This document shows positions 51,452-61,748 of a DNA stretch of 64,000 nt, piece after piece. The DNA is taken from NCBI RefSeq assembly GCF_006345805.1, contig NC_043010.1, forward strand, positions 63,116,001 through 63,180,000. Reading direction: 5' to 3'. The notes beneath the pieces are model-generated. The model had not been told where the DNA came from and ran no database searches. It was given only the letters and a program-made list of their open reading frames with translations. Origin of the DNA: Octopus sinensis. Lineage: Eukaryota. A program made the position numbers and the translations under genes. The stretch's first letter is position 1, and each line of letters opens with the position of its first letter.

Positions 51452-51936
51452 GTGTTTGTCCCCACGCCATCACTTGAGAACTGATGTTGGTGTGTTTACG
51501 TGCCCATAACCTAGCGGTTCAGCAAAAGAGAACGATAGGATAAGTACCAGGCTTACAAAGAATAAGTCCTGGCGTCAATTTGTTCGACTAAATGTGGTGC
51601 TCCAGCATGGCCACAGTCAAATGACTGAAACAAAGAATAAAAGAATTACACTGTGTAACAATGTTTTTTAAATTTTGGGGGGTTTTTCATCAGTAGGCAT
51701 TGTTTCCCATTTGCTTCTATCTAGAAACCAAAGGAACTGACTACTCTTCCCTTCAAACTTTGCTTTCGTGACCTGGACATCAATGTTTTGAAACTGACCC
51801 ATTTTCCATTACATTTCAGACAGATTCAGCACTGAGTTGCTGAAGTAGAAATATCGTTATAGCAAATATCGTGCTCAATGCCACAGATTTGCTTGTCAGA
51901 TGCTTGACCTTAACCATTCGAGCACGTCCCTTAGTG

Positions 51937-52956
51937 CAGTGCTACTGAAAGTGGTGATCCACAGACCGGTGCCTGTTTGCGAGCCATCAGCTGCTGGTAC
52001 ACAGCGACTTTCCAGAAAAGAAAGAAACATTATAAAATGCTTATGTAATATTGTATTATTTGTTTACAAAATAAATATAAGATAAAAAAATTGTCAACTT
52101 TTATTATATTCATTATCTATATTGCAATAATAAAAAATCAAACCAAATCAAAATAGATGAACATCAATGGAATTTGTATCTTTCTGGTACCAGTGCCGGT
52201 GGCACATAAGAAAACCATCCGAACGTGGCCGTAGCCAGTACCGCATCGACTGGCCGTTCGCCAGCCTCGTCTGGCACCTGTGTCGGTGGCACATAAAAAG
52301 CACCATCCGAGCGTGGCTGTTCGCCAGCCTCGTCTGGCACCTGTGTTGGTGGCACATAAAATCACCCACTACACTCTCGGAGTGGTTGGCATTAGGAAGG
52401 GCATCCAGCTGTAGAAACACTGCCAGATCTGACTGGCCTGGTGCAGCCTTCGGGCTCCCCAGACCCCAGTTGAACCGTCCAACCCATGCTAGCATGGAAA
52501 GCGGACGTTAAACGATGATGATGATGATGAAACCTCTGAACGATCGAAATCAGTGACGAAAAGTTACTGGAAAAACGATAAAAGTATTTGCATTGGGACA
52601 TCCCTTCATCGAAAACCAGTGATTGTCGTACGATGACGACAGGTCAATACCTAGAAACTGCAGTCCGTGCGTATCACTTAGGTTGACGAGGGAACGATGA
52701 CTTCCCTTTGCAAATACCATAAAGGCACAGAAAGTGTGCCTAAAGCCAGCTGGAGACGATGTTCTCCTGGGACTACAAGCAACAGTAACACCCACCCTTA
52801 GTGGTTAGCCATATTGAGATGGTAAGTATACCTTACATTATCTATATTGTTTCCGGTATAAATTAATATTACTAAGAAATATTACTGGTCCGTGGCACAT
52901 TGTTAAAAAAAACAAAAACTGCAGGTACACCACATCAAAGAGTTTGAGAAGCACTA
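51937..52956. mobile_element. hAT-type MITE with a perfect 8-bp TSD and two nested inserts
   Basis: Termini cagtgctactgaaag / tttgagaagcacta; TSD ccttagtg at 51929-51936 and 52957-52964. It contains a SINE-C (about 52190-52530) and an unclassified repeat (52544-52840). Confidence 0.85.
52544..52840. repeat. Unclassified ~300-bp interspersed repeat (second copy 62238-62536)
   Basis: Colinear similarity with long exact blocks such as aaactgcagtccgtgcgtatcacttagg and ggcacagaaagtgtgcctaaagccagctggagac. Confidence 0.85.
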
Positions 52957-54024
52957 CCTTAGTGGCTGAGAATATGTGCATCTCTGATGATGATCAGGAG
53001 TAGTGGGGGAGCATCATAGTCATGTGTTGAGAGGGGTTTTTCGGGGTCTGAATAAATGTAACAAAACCAAAGTTTGAAGGAAGTATTAGCAATTTTTCAT
53101 ACTTTCTAGGGGGAGCAAATAGGAAATAACAGTTGCTACCCCAAAATAAAATCTGTGTTACACAGTGTTATCGTTAAGCCCTTGTGGCCAATAAAAGAAT
53201 TAATTATTATGAATATGACAAAGGTGGTGAGCTGGCAGAACCACTAACATGCTGGGCAATAATGCTTAGAGGCATTTCAGCCGTATTTATGTTATGGGAT
53301 CAAATCCTGCTGAGGTTCACTTTGCCTTCCATTCTTTCAGGGTCAATAAAATACTGGGGTCAATGTAATCAATTTAACTCCTCTGCCGAAATTGCTGGCC
53401 TTGTGGCAAATTCTGAAACCAGTATTATGGCAGCAAACTGAGAGAACCATTAGCAGACTGAGCAAACTGTTTTTATGTTCTGAGTTCAAATTCTGCTGAG
53501 GTCAACTTTGCCTCTAATCCTTTACAGGGTCAATAGAATAAGTACCAGTTGAACTCAAGGGTTGATATAATTGACATACCTATTTCTTTACTACCCACAA
53601 GGGGCTAAACACAGAGGGGTCAAACAAGCACAGACAAGTGGATTAAGCCGATTACATCGACCCCAGTGTGTAACTGGTACTTAATTCATCGACCCCAAAA
53701 GGATGAAAGGTAAAGTCGACCTCGGTGGAATTTGAACTCAGGACATAATGGCAGACGAAATACGGCTACGCATTTCGCCTGGCATGCTAACGTTTCTGCC
53801 AGCTCGCCATCCCCTAAATTGCTGGCCTTGTTTCAAAATTTGGAATCAGTATTATCATTAATATTATTATTATTATTATTTCAAAGGTGGCAAGCTGGCA
53901 GAAACATTAGCACGCTGGGCGAAATGCTTCATGGTATTTCGTCTGTCTTTGCGTTCTGAGTTCAAATTCCACCGAGGTTGACCTTGCCTTTCATCCTTTC
54001 AGGGGTCAATAAAATAAGTACCAG

Positions 54025-54197
54025 TTGGCTAAGATCAAAGTGTAGTATCTGTTCTTATTCCCTTAATATCTGATATGGTCCCTACTTGGGGCCATCAATA
54101 TTAAACTGATTTTTAGAACGAGGTGAAGAGTTAGGGGCTTACTCCGCCTTTGCCTCGGGTTGGCTTGGTATAGCAGTACTTCCAGGATTCAGCCCAT
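54025..54197 (+). pseudogene. U2: U2 snRNA pseudogene lacking its 5' ~17 nt, fused to a SINE-A body
   Basis: ggctaagatcaaaGTGTAGTAtctgttcttat (branch-point recognition region), Sm-like site gatttttag and 3' stem ggtatagcagtacttccagg. Stem IIa is mutated (tattccc for tatcag) and no snRNA promoter is visible upstream, only SINE sequence. Confidence 0.9.
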
Positions 54198-54923
54198 CTC
54201 CCACCCAGGGGATAAACTAAATTATTATTATTATTAAGGCTGCAAGCTGGCAGAATCGGCAGCACGCCAGGTGAAATGCTTAGTGGTATTTCACCAGTTG
54301 CTGTATTCTGAGTTCAAATTCTGCCAGGGTCGACTTTGCCTTTCATCCTTTTGGGGTTGATAAATTAAGTACCAGTGAAATATTGGGGTCGATGTAATTG
54401 ACTAGTCCCATCCTCCTAAATTTCAGGCCTTGTACCTTTAGTAGAAAGGATTATTATTATTAATTAATTGGTTTAAGGTGGAGAGCTAGCAGAATCACTA
54501 CCACCCTGAGTAAAATGCTTCCGAGTTCAAATTCTGTCGAGGTTGACTTTGTCTTTTGTCCTTACATGGTCACTAAAACAAATACCAGTTGAGTACTGGG
54601 GGTTGATGTAATGAACTAGACCATCATCCCCACCCCCAAAATTTCAAACCTTCTGCCTATAATAAAATGGATTATTGGTCTATTGGTTAAGCATTTAAGA
54701 AATTGATTGATTGATTGATTAATCATTCAAATAATCAATCAGTCAGCTGTTTGTCAAAGGCCTTTCGTTGCCATTCACCACCTCGTTAATGAGAAGCATC
54801 TCTTACATTCTAAAGGTAAACTTGATGCTCCCACTACAGACCCGTAATGTCCGGTTGTTTAGTAAGTGGTATCAAGAACTGCAGTTAAGGAGGTGATGGG
54901 TGTCTTGATGAAGAAGGAAACTG

Positions 54924-54964
<41 letters not shown>

Positions 54965-55438
54965 ATAAAAATGATACGACAACAAAAGAAGGAAAGAGAC
55001 CTCAATATTATGTAAATAGAAGAATTTATGTCACTAAAATAAATACCAGATATATATATATACACTAGTGCTAGTGCATGCATATACAGCTGCGTGCGTG
55101 CGCACATACATGCGAGTACTATCCAAATCTCCGACTAATCACATACAGCTAGCTGGCATTCAATTGGCGTATCAAGTTTCAAGCCTTTTGATTGGGTTTT
55201 GGATAGAAAATTCACAAAAAAGTCACTTCTATTGATTTTTTAATGGCTTTACAGGGTGACTGGGGAAATGTAAAGATGTGCACGACCACCCTTGGACGGT
55301 TTTGAATGACCATAGAAAGTGCGAGTCCTCTAACTGAAAAATTGTGGATTTGTATAAAGGATACACACACACACAGACAGACATTTTGCTGTTTACATAT
55401 ATAGAGATATATACACTGACACCAACTGTTCTGCCTAT

Positions 55439-55684
55439 ATGCCTGTGCACACCTTTGAATGCAATGTATGCCAGAAGGTTTGCAAATCTAATGGAGGCCT
55501 CAAAAGACATTTTAAGATCCACAAAGATCAGAACTTATCTGCAGCTCTTGGTGGTCCAAATCGGATATGCAATCTACGTAGGTGTCTTTTCAGAACATTG
55601 TCTGGTTTAAAAAGCCACAAAAGATGCCATGGTGGTTCTAAGGTGTCAGTACAGGAGGTCAGGAGGTGGTCAAGCTCTGCATAA
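55439..55684 (+). pseudogene. Short ORF with one intact and one degenerate C2H2-like finger; probably an RTE LINE C-terminus
   Basis: FECNVCQKVCKSNGGLKRHFKIH and ICNLRRCLFRTLSGLKSHKRCH. The S..GL.SH.R.H signature resembles RTE C-terminal fingers; there are no TGEKP linkers. Confidence 0.5.
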
Positions 55685-55714
55685 GGAGTAGACAACCACC
55701 ATACACTGACACAG

Positions 55715-55930
55715 TTTCACCAAGGCACGTGAGTCTTCTCAAAAATGCAATACAACCAGTTGACCTGGTTCTTTGTCCTCACCTCCATAAGACTTGGCAT
55801 CCTGAGATCAGCCTTCACCATTACATCCCATGTCTCCCTGGGGTGTCAACTCTTCTGTAAGCTCCGTCCACATTTAGCAATCAGCACTTCTTTAAACATC
55901 TGCCCTCATCCATACACATCACGGTCTTCT
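55715..55930 (-). mobile_element. Decayed RTE LINE 3' fragment
   Basis: Translates HPRETWDVMVKADLRMPSLMEVRTKNQVNWLYCIFEKT, similar to 62721-62885. Confidence 0.6.
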
Positions 55931-56876
55931 TTCTTGCCCGCTACATCCGATTCCTCTCCTCCTCATCATCATCATCATCACTTAATGTCTGTTTTCCATG
56001 CTGGCATGGGTTGGATGGCTTAACTGAAAACTGATAAGCTGGAGAGCTGCACCAGGCTTCAATCTGATTTGGCATGGTTTCTACAGCTGGATGCCCTTCC
56101 TAATGCCAACCACTCCCAAAGCGTAGTGGGTGCTTTTTACATGCCACCAGCACAGGAGCCAGTTATGAAACACCAGCATTGGCCAAGACTACGATCTCAC
56201 TTGGCTTGACAGGTTTTCTTAAATATGATATATTACCATGTGGCCCAAAGTTCAAAGGGTGCTTTTTTACATGCCACCGGCCATGAGCGCCAGGCATCTG
56301 ACACTGGTGCCAACCATGACTGTCAAGGAATTTCCCTCAGCACATTTGCACTATGTCATTCATACACACTTACATTCCACATCCAATGGAGCATGCTAGC
56401 TCCATTTCTTTCCAATCTTCTGAAGTTCTCTGCATTCGAGGCCCTGGTTTCGCAACCATAGAGTATTACAGTTCAAACACATTATACAATCTATCTGTCA
56501 CCCTAAGGGAAAACACCTGCATCATTATTATGACTATTAATACTTTTGTTACTTCATTCCTGCTGAATTTTGAAAATAATGGAGATCTTAATGAAATAAC
56601 TGCTATTATTAAGCTGCTTTTTGGAACATAAATTAGCACAAAATTGTAGTGAAAGGGTTTAATTTAGACCCCTTAAAAACAGAAAGTTTATATCATAGAT
56701 CGACAGGCAGTCCCAGGCAGGTTAGTATCAAAAGGGTTAAGATGGTGAGATGACAGAAGCTATTTCTTTACTGCCCACAAAGGGCTCAACATAAGGGGAC
56801 AAACAAGGACAAACAAATGGATCAAGTCGATTACATCGAACCCAGTGCGTAACTGGTACTTAATTTATCAACCCCG

Positions 56877-57820
56877 AAAGGATGAAAGGCAAAGGATGAA
56901 AGGCAAAGGGATGAAAGGCAAGGATGAAAGGCAAAGGATGAAAGGCAATGGATGAAAGGCCAAAGGATGAAAGGCAAGGATGAAAGGCAAAGGATGAAAG
57001 CAAAGGATGAAGGAACGGAGAAAGGCAAAGGATTGAATGAAAGGCAAGGATGAAGGCAAGGATGAAAGCAAAGGATGAAAGGCAAAGATGAAGGCAAAGG
57101 ATGAAAGCAAGGATGAAAGGCAAAGGATGAAAGCAAAGATGAAAGGCAAAGGATGAAAGGCAAAGGAGAATTGAAAGGCAAAGGATGAAAGGCAAAGGAT
57201 GAAAGGCAAAGGATGAAAGGCAAAGGATGAAAGGCAAAGGATGAAAGGCAAAGGATGAAAGGCAAAGGATGAAAGGCAAAGGATGAAAGGCAAAGGATGA
57301 AAGGCAAAGGATGAAAGGCAAAGGATGAAAGGCAAAGGATGAAAGGCAAAGGATGAAAGGCAAAGGATGAAAGGCAAAGGATGAAAGGCAAAGGATTGAA
57401 AGGCAAAGGATGAAAGGCAAAGGATGAAGGCCAAAGGAGGAAAAGGCAAAGGATAAAGGCAAAGGATGAAAGGCAAAGGATGAAGGCAAAGGATGAAAGG
57501 CAAGGATGAAAGGCAAAGGATGAAGGCAAAGGATGAAGGCAAAGGATGAAATGAAGGCAAGGATGAAAGGCAAAGGATGAAAGGCAAAGGATGAAAAGGC
57601 AAAGGATGAAAGGCAAAGGATGAAAGGCAAAGGATGAAAGGCAAGGATGAAAGGCAAAGGATGAAGGCAAGGATGAAAGCAAAGGATGAAAGGCAAAGGA
57701 TGAAAGGCAAAGGATTGAAAGGCAAAGTGAAAGGCAAAGGATGAAAGGCAAAGGATGAAAGCAAAGGATGAAAGGCAAAGGATGAAAGGCAAAGGATGAA
57801 AGGCAAGGATGAAAGGCAAA
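56877..57820. repeat. 14-bp minisatellite (GGATGAAAGGCAAA)n, about 67 units, expanded inside a SINE-A copy
   Basis: Intact SINE-A sequence lies on both sides (aatttatcaaccccg | array | gtcgaccttggcgg). The centre is perfect and the edges are indel-rich. Confidence 0.95.
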
Positions 57821-58029
57821 GTCGACCTTGGCGGAATTTGAACTCAGAACGTAACGGCAGACAAAATACCGCTAAGCATTTCGCCCGGCATGAGAAGGCA
57901 GAACCATTAGCATGTAGAACATAATGGTTAGCGGCATTTCTTTTGGTTCTCTACATTCCAAGTTCAAATCTCACAGAGCTCAACTTTAACTTTCGTCCTT
58001 AACATAAAGCACCAGGAGGGGAAGGGAAT

Positions 58030-58520
58030 TTTTCATTTGCCTAGTGGCTGCAGCAAAAGTGGTAGAATGGTGGACCCATTTGAAAGGGCTAAAGACAGAC
58101 TCTTTCCTCTTTGGCCAAGCCCTCATCAACTTTTTCAAGTTTCACTTGAAGAGGAAGTTGAGGGTGGAGAGAGAAGTGTTGCCTTGTAGTAAGTTTGTTG
58201 AAAAATGGGTGAATGTTGGAAGAATGGCCAGTGTGAAAGGACCAATTCTGAGCGTGCACCTATAAAAAGGGAATCAAAGGAGAAGGGCTCTTGCCCTGTT
58301 GTTCAGGCACCTGTGGTTTTTCTGGGTTTTTCTATGAGGTCCTTAAAGCACCTTCCCTATTGGGAGTTTTAAATTGTTTAATTTTTAATCATTATTATAT
58401 TGTTTACATGTTGTAAAACCCATTGTATTGTCCTGTTTTTATCTTTTATGTTGTTGTATGTCTTTTAATGTAATTTTATGTGAGCCCTTGTGATCAATAA
58501 AAGAAATAATAATAATTATT
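58030..58520 (+). mobile_element. Probable L1/Tx1-type LINE 3' fragment
   Basis: LINFFKFHLKRKLRVEREVLPCSKFVEKWVNVG resembles the Tx1 C-terminal F..RW pattern; the 3' end is aataaaag plus an (aat)n tail. Confidence 0.45.
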
Positions 58521-59459
58521 ATTATTATTATTATTATTATTTTTTTTTTTTTTTCAAAGGTGGTGAGCTGGCAGAAATGTTAGCATGCTTTACAAAATGC
58601 TTAGTAGTATTTCGTCTGCCATTGCGTTCTGAGTTCAAATTCCACCAAGGTCGACTTTGCCTTTCATCCTTTCTGGGGTTGATAAATTAAGTACCAGTTG
58701 AGTACGGGGTTGACGTAATCTACTATCCTCCCCCACCAAATTTCAGGCCTTGTACCTATAGTAGAAAGGATTATTATTATTATTATTATTGTGGTGAACT
58801 GGCAGAATTGTTAGTATGCTGGGCTCAATGCTTGGCGGCATTTCGTCTGTTTTCATGTTCTGAGTTCAAATTTTGCTGGGGTCAACTTCATTTTTCATTC
58901 CTTCAGGGTCGATGAAGCAAGTACCAGTTGAGAACTGGGGTCAATGTAATCAACTTATCCCCTCCCCCAAAATTGCTGGCCTTGTGTCAAAATATCGAAA
59001 CCATTATTTTTATTATTGTTACTATTCTGCAACTCTTCACCCGCACCCCATCCCTCACCATTTTCTGCACTGTCAGTCATCTCCTCTCCCTTATCTTACC
59101 CAATTTATGTATCATTGGTCACCCCTCTACTCCATCCCTCAACCTTACCCCCATTTCTACAGTTTTCACTGAATCTTCCTTTTTCCTTACCTTCCCTACA
59201 TATCACCCCTCAGCATATGCTCTCCGTAATATTCTTTTCTCCTCTAGGCACAAGGCACAAAATTTGGGGATGGGGTAGTTGATCACATTGACCCCAGTGT
59301 GTAACTGGTACTTAATTTATTGACCCTGAAAGGACAAAAGGCAAAGTCGACCTCAGTAGAATTTGAAATCAGAACCTAATGGCAGACAAAATACCTATTT
59401 CTTTACTACCCACAAGGGGCTAAACACAGAGGGGACAAACAAGGACAGACAAATGGATT

Positions 59460-59700
59460 AAGATGAAAATGCAGCTCAAAGGTCACCGTTTTAACACCAC
59501 TGTCAAGGCCCAGAGCAAATCGCAGAAGGTTCACCACTCACAGAAAAAGACTTCCAAGCCAGATTCCAAAAGTGGCCGGAACGCTGGGACAGGTGTAATG
59601 CTGCACAAGGTGACTATTTCGAAGGAGATGATGATAAAACTTATTTTTTAATTAAGCATAACTAGTCTGAGAACTTTTTGATACCACCTCGTATATATAT

Positions 59701-59736
<36 letters not shown>

Positions 59737-59959
59737 CACCATCATCATCATTTTCCATGCTGGCATGAATTGGACAGTTCGACTGGGGTGTGGGAAGCCA
59801 GGAGGCTGCACCAAGCCCCAATCTGATCTGGCAGTGTTTCTATAGCTGGATGCCCTTCCTAACGCCAACCACTCCGAGAGTGTAGTGGGTGCTTTTTACA
59901 TGCCACCAGCACAGGGACCAGAGGAGCTGGCATCAACCACAATCGGATGGTGCTTTTTA
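59460..59959 (+). repeat. ~500-bp copy of 61479-61968 inserted into a SINE-A
   Basis: Composite of a mariner 3' end, (TA)n and a SINE-C piece; it interrupts ggattaag|tatatcgacccc. Confidence 0.9.
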
Positions 59960-60213
59960 TATCGACCCCATAGCGTAACTGGTACTTATTTAATCGACCC
60001 CGAAAGGATGAAAGGCAAAGGTGACCTTGGCGGAATTTGAACTCAGGACGTAACAGCAGACGAAATACCTATTTCTTTACTACCCACAAGAGGCTAAACA
60101 CAGAGGACAAACAGGGACAGACAAACGGATTAAGTCGATTACATCGACCCCAGTGAGTAACTGGTACTTAATTCACTGGGCCATTGCGCCTCCACATATA
60201 TATATATATAGAG

Positions 60214-60357
60214 AATACCAAACTCATTCCCTATGGATACCGTATTTATTACAACGAGTGGCTTGTAAACGTATCTAACGAGCGAAAGCGAGTTAGATAC
60301 GTTTACAAGCCACTCGTTGTAATAAATACGGTATCCATAGGGAATGAGTTTGGTATT
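60214..60357. repeat. Perfect 66-bp inverted repeat with a 12-nt spacer gagcgaaagcga
   Basis: Arms 60214-60279 and 60292-60357 were checked base by base and are exact reverse complements. Confidence 0.95.
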
Positions 60358-60453
60358 TTTTTTATTACACACGAATAAACGACCATATTTAATTAACCCA
60401 ATAACTAAATTCTTCACGTTTAGTTGTAACTTATGAATGACAAAAGTAGTGCC

Positions 60454-60557
60454 GTCACCGTGACTTCGGGTCATCACCATGGATTGACCAATCAGAAACA
60501 GCACTGTCACTGTGACCTCGGATCATCACCATGGATTGACCAATCAGAAGCAGCGCT
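60454..60557. repeat. Two 52-bp tandem units, each with the GTCACNGTGAC palindrome and a CCAAT box
   Basis: gtcacygtgacytcggrtcatcaccatggattgaccaatcagaarcagcrct x2. Confidence 0.9.
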
Positions 60558-60945
60558 TGCAGTATCTGACATATGTTAGATACCAAAAATATCTCAAAGT
60601 GTTCTCACTCACATGTGTGTAATAAAGACATGTTTTCACAGAGGATTGGAAACAAAGGCCACTGTTTGTATGATACTCATCAACAACTAACACATGATGT
60701 CAAAGCAACAACACACACACACACACAAATATTCCATTAAGGGGAGATCAACAAAATAATTACTTCATTCAGTGAGCGATATCATTTAATGCACACAGCA
60801 TAAAGATAAGAGCTACAAACAATTTCTTATTGTGAGTGTGAAAACATGTGACCATGTGCTCAGAGCCCGAAGACTGCTGGGAGACACAATGCAAAACCTG
60901 CATTGACACGTGTCTCTACAGCAAGAAACTATTAGCATTTATATA

Positions 60946-61709
60946 TGAGGTGGTATCAAAAAGTTCCGGGATTAGTTCTGTAGCCTGCCATCAGATGGCA
61001 GCACATGGGTTTTGCAATCATGTGTGTGCCATAGTCTTTGATTTTGTCATAGACAGGAACAAAGAGCCAACATGAAATTTTGCATTAAACTTGTGAAGAG
61101 ACATTGAGCATGTTTCTGGAAAGCTTACAGCAACAAGGCAATGGGTCATAGGGTCATATGCAATGTTACAAGTGACACGGGTGAAAATGAGCAACCTGGA
61201 AGGCCTGCTACAAGTGTCACCCCCAGAAAAAATGTGGTATTGTGCCTCAAGAATTCTTCTCCCAGAGTCAGACCATCAACTGAGAGTTCTACTGCAGTGT
61301 TTGGAAGCTTTTGAGGAAAGACATTCAGCAGAAGCGACCGGATCTGTGGAGCGCGAAGAATTGGATCCTCCATCAAGCTCCCCTCACCCATGAGTTTCTT
61401 GCCAAGAACAACATGCTATCGCTTCTGCACCGGCCATATTCACCAGATTTAGCACCTGCAGACTTCCATTTCTTTCCCAAGATGAAAATGCAGTCCAAGG
61501 GTCACCGTTTTAACACCACTGTCAAGGCCCAGAGCAAATCGCAGAAGGTTCATCACTCACAGAAAACGACTTCCAAGCCAGATTCCAAAAGTGGCCGGAA
61601 CGCTGGGACAGGTGTAATGCTGCACAAGGTGACTATTTCAAAGGAGATGATGATAAAACTTATTTTTTAATTAAGCATAACTAGTCTGAGAACTTTTTGA
61701 TACCACCTC

Positions 61710-61710
<1 letters not shown>
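60946..61710 (+). mobile_element. Internally deleted mariner transposon
   Basis: TA-flanked TIRs tgaggtggtatcaaaaagttcc / gaactttttgataccacctcg. Translates MKFCIKLVK (N-terminus) and FLAKNNMLSLLHRPYSPDLAPADFHFFPKMK (YSPDLAP motif). Confidence 0.9.

Positions 61711-61748
<38 letters not shown>

Noticed and set aside
54900-54925. Additional hammerhead core (TTGATGA-agaag-GAAA)
   Set aside because: C3 is missing, and there is no helix II, helix I or cleavage site.
56831-57819. Three ~315-aa hydrophobic ORFs
   Set aside because: They are translations of the 14-bp minisatellite, which has no stop codons on that strand.
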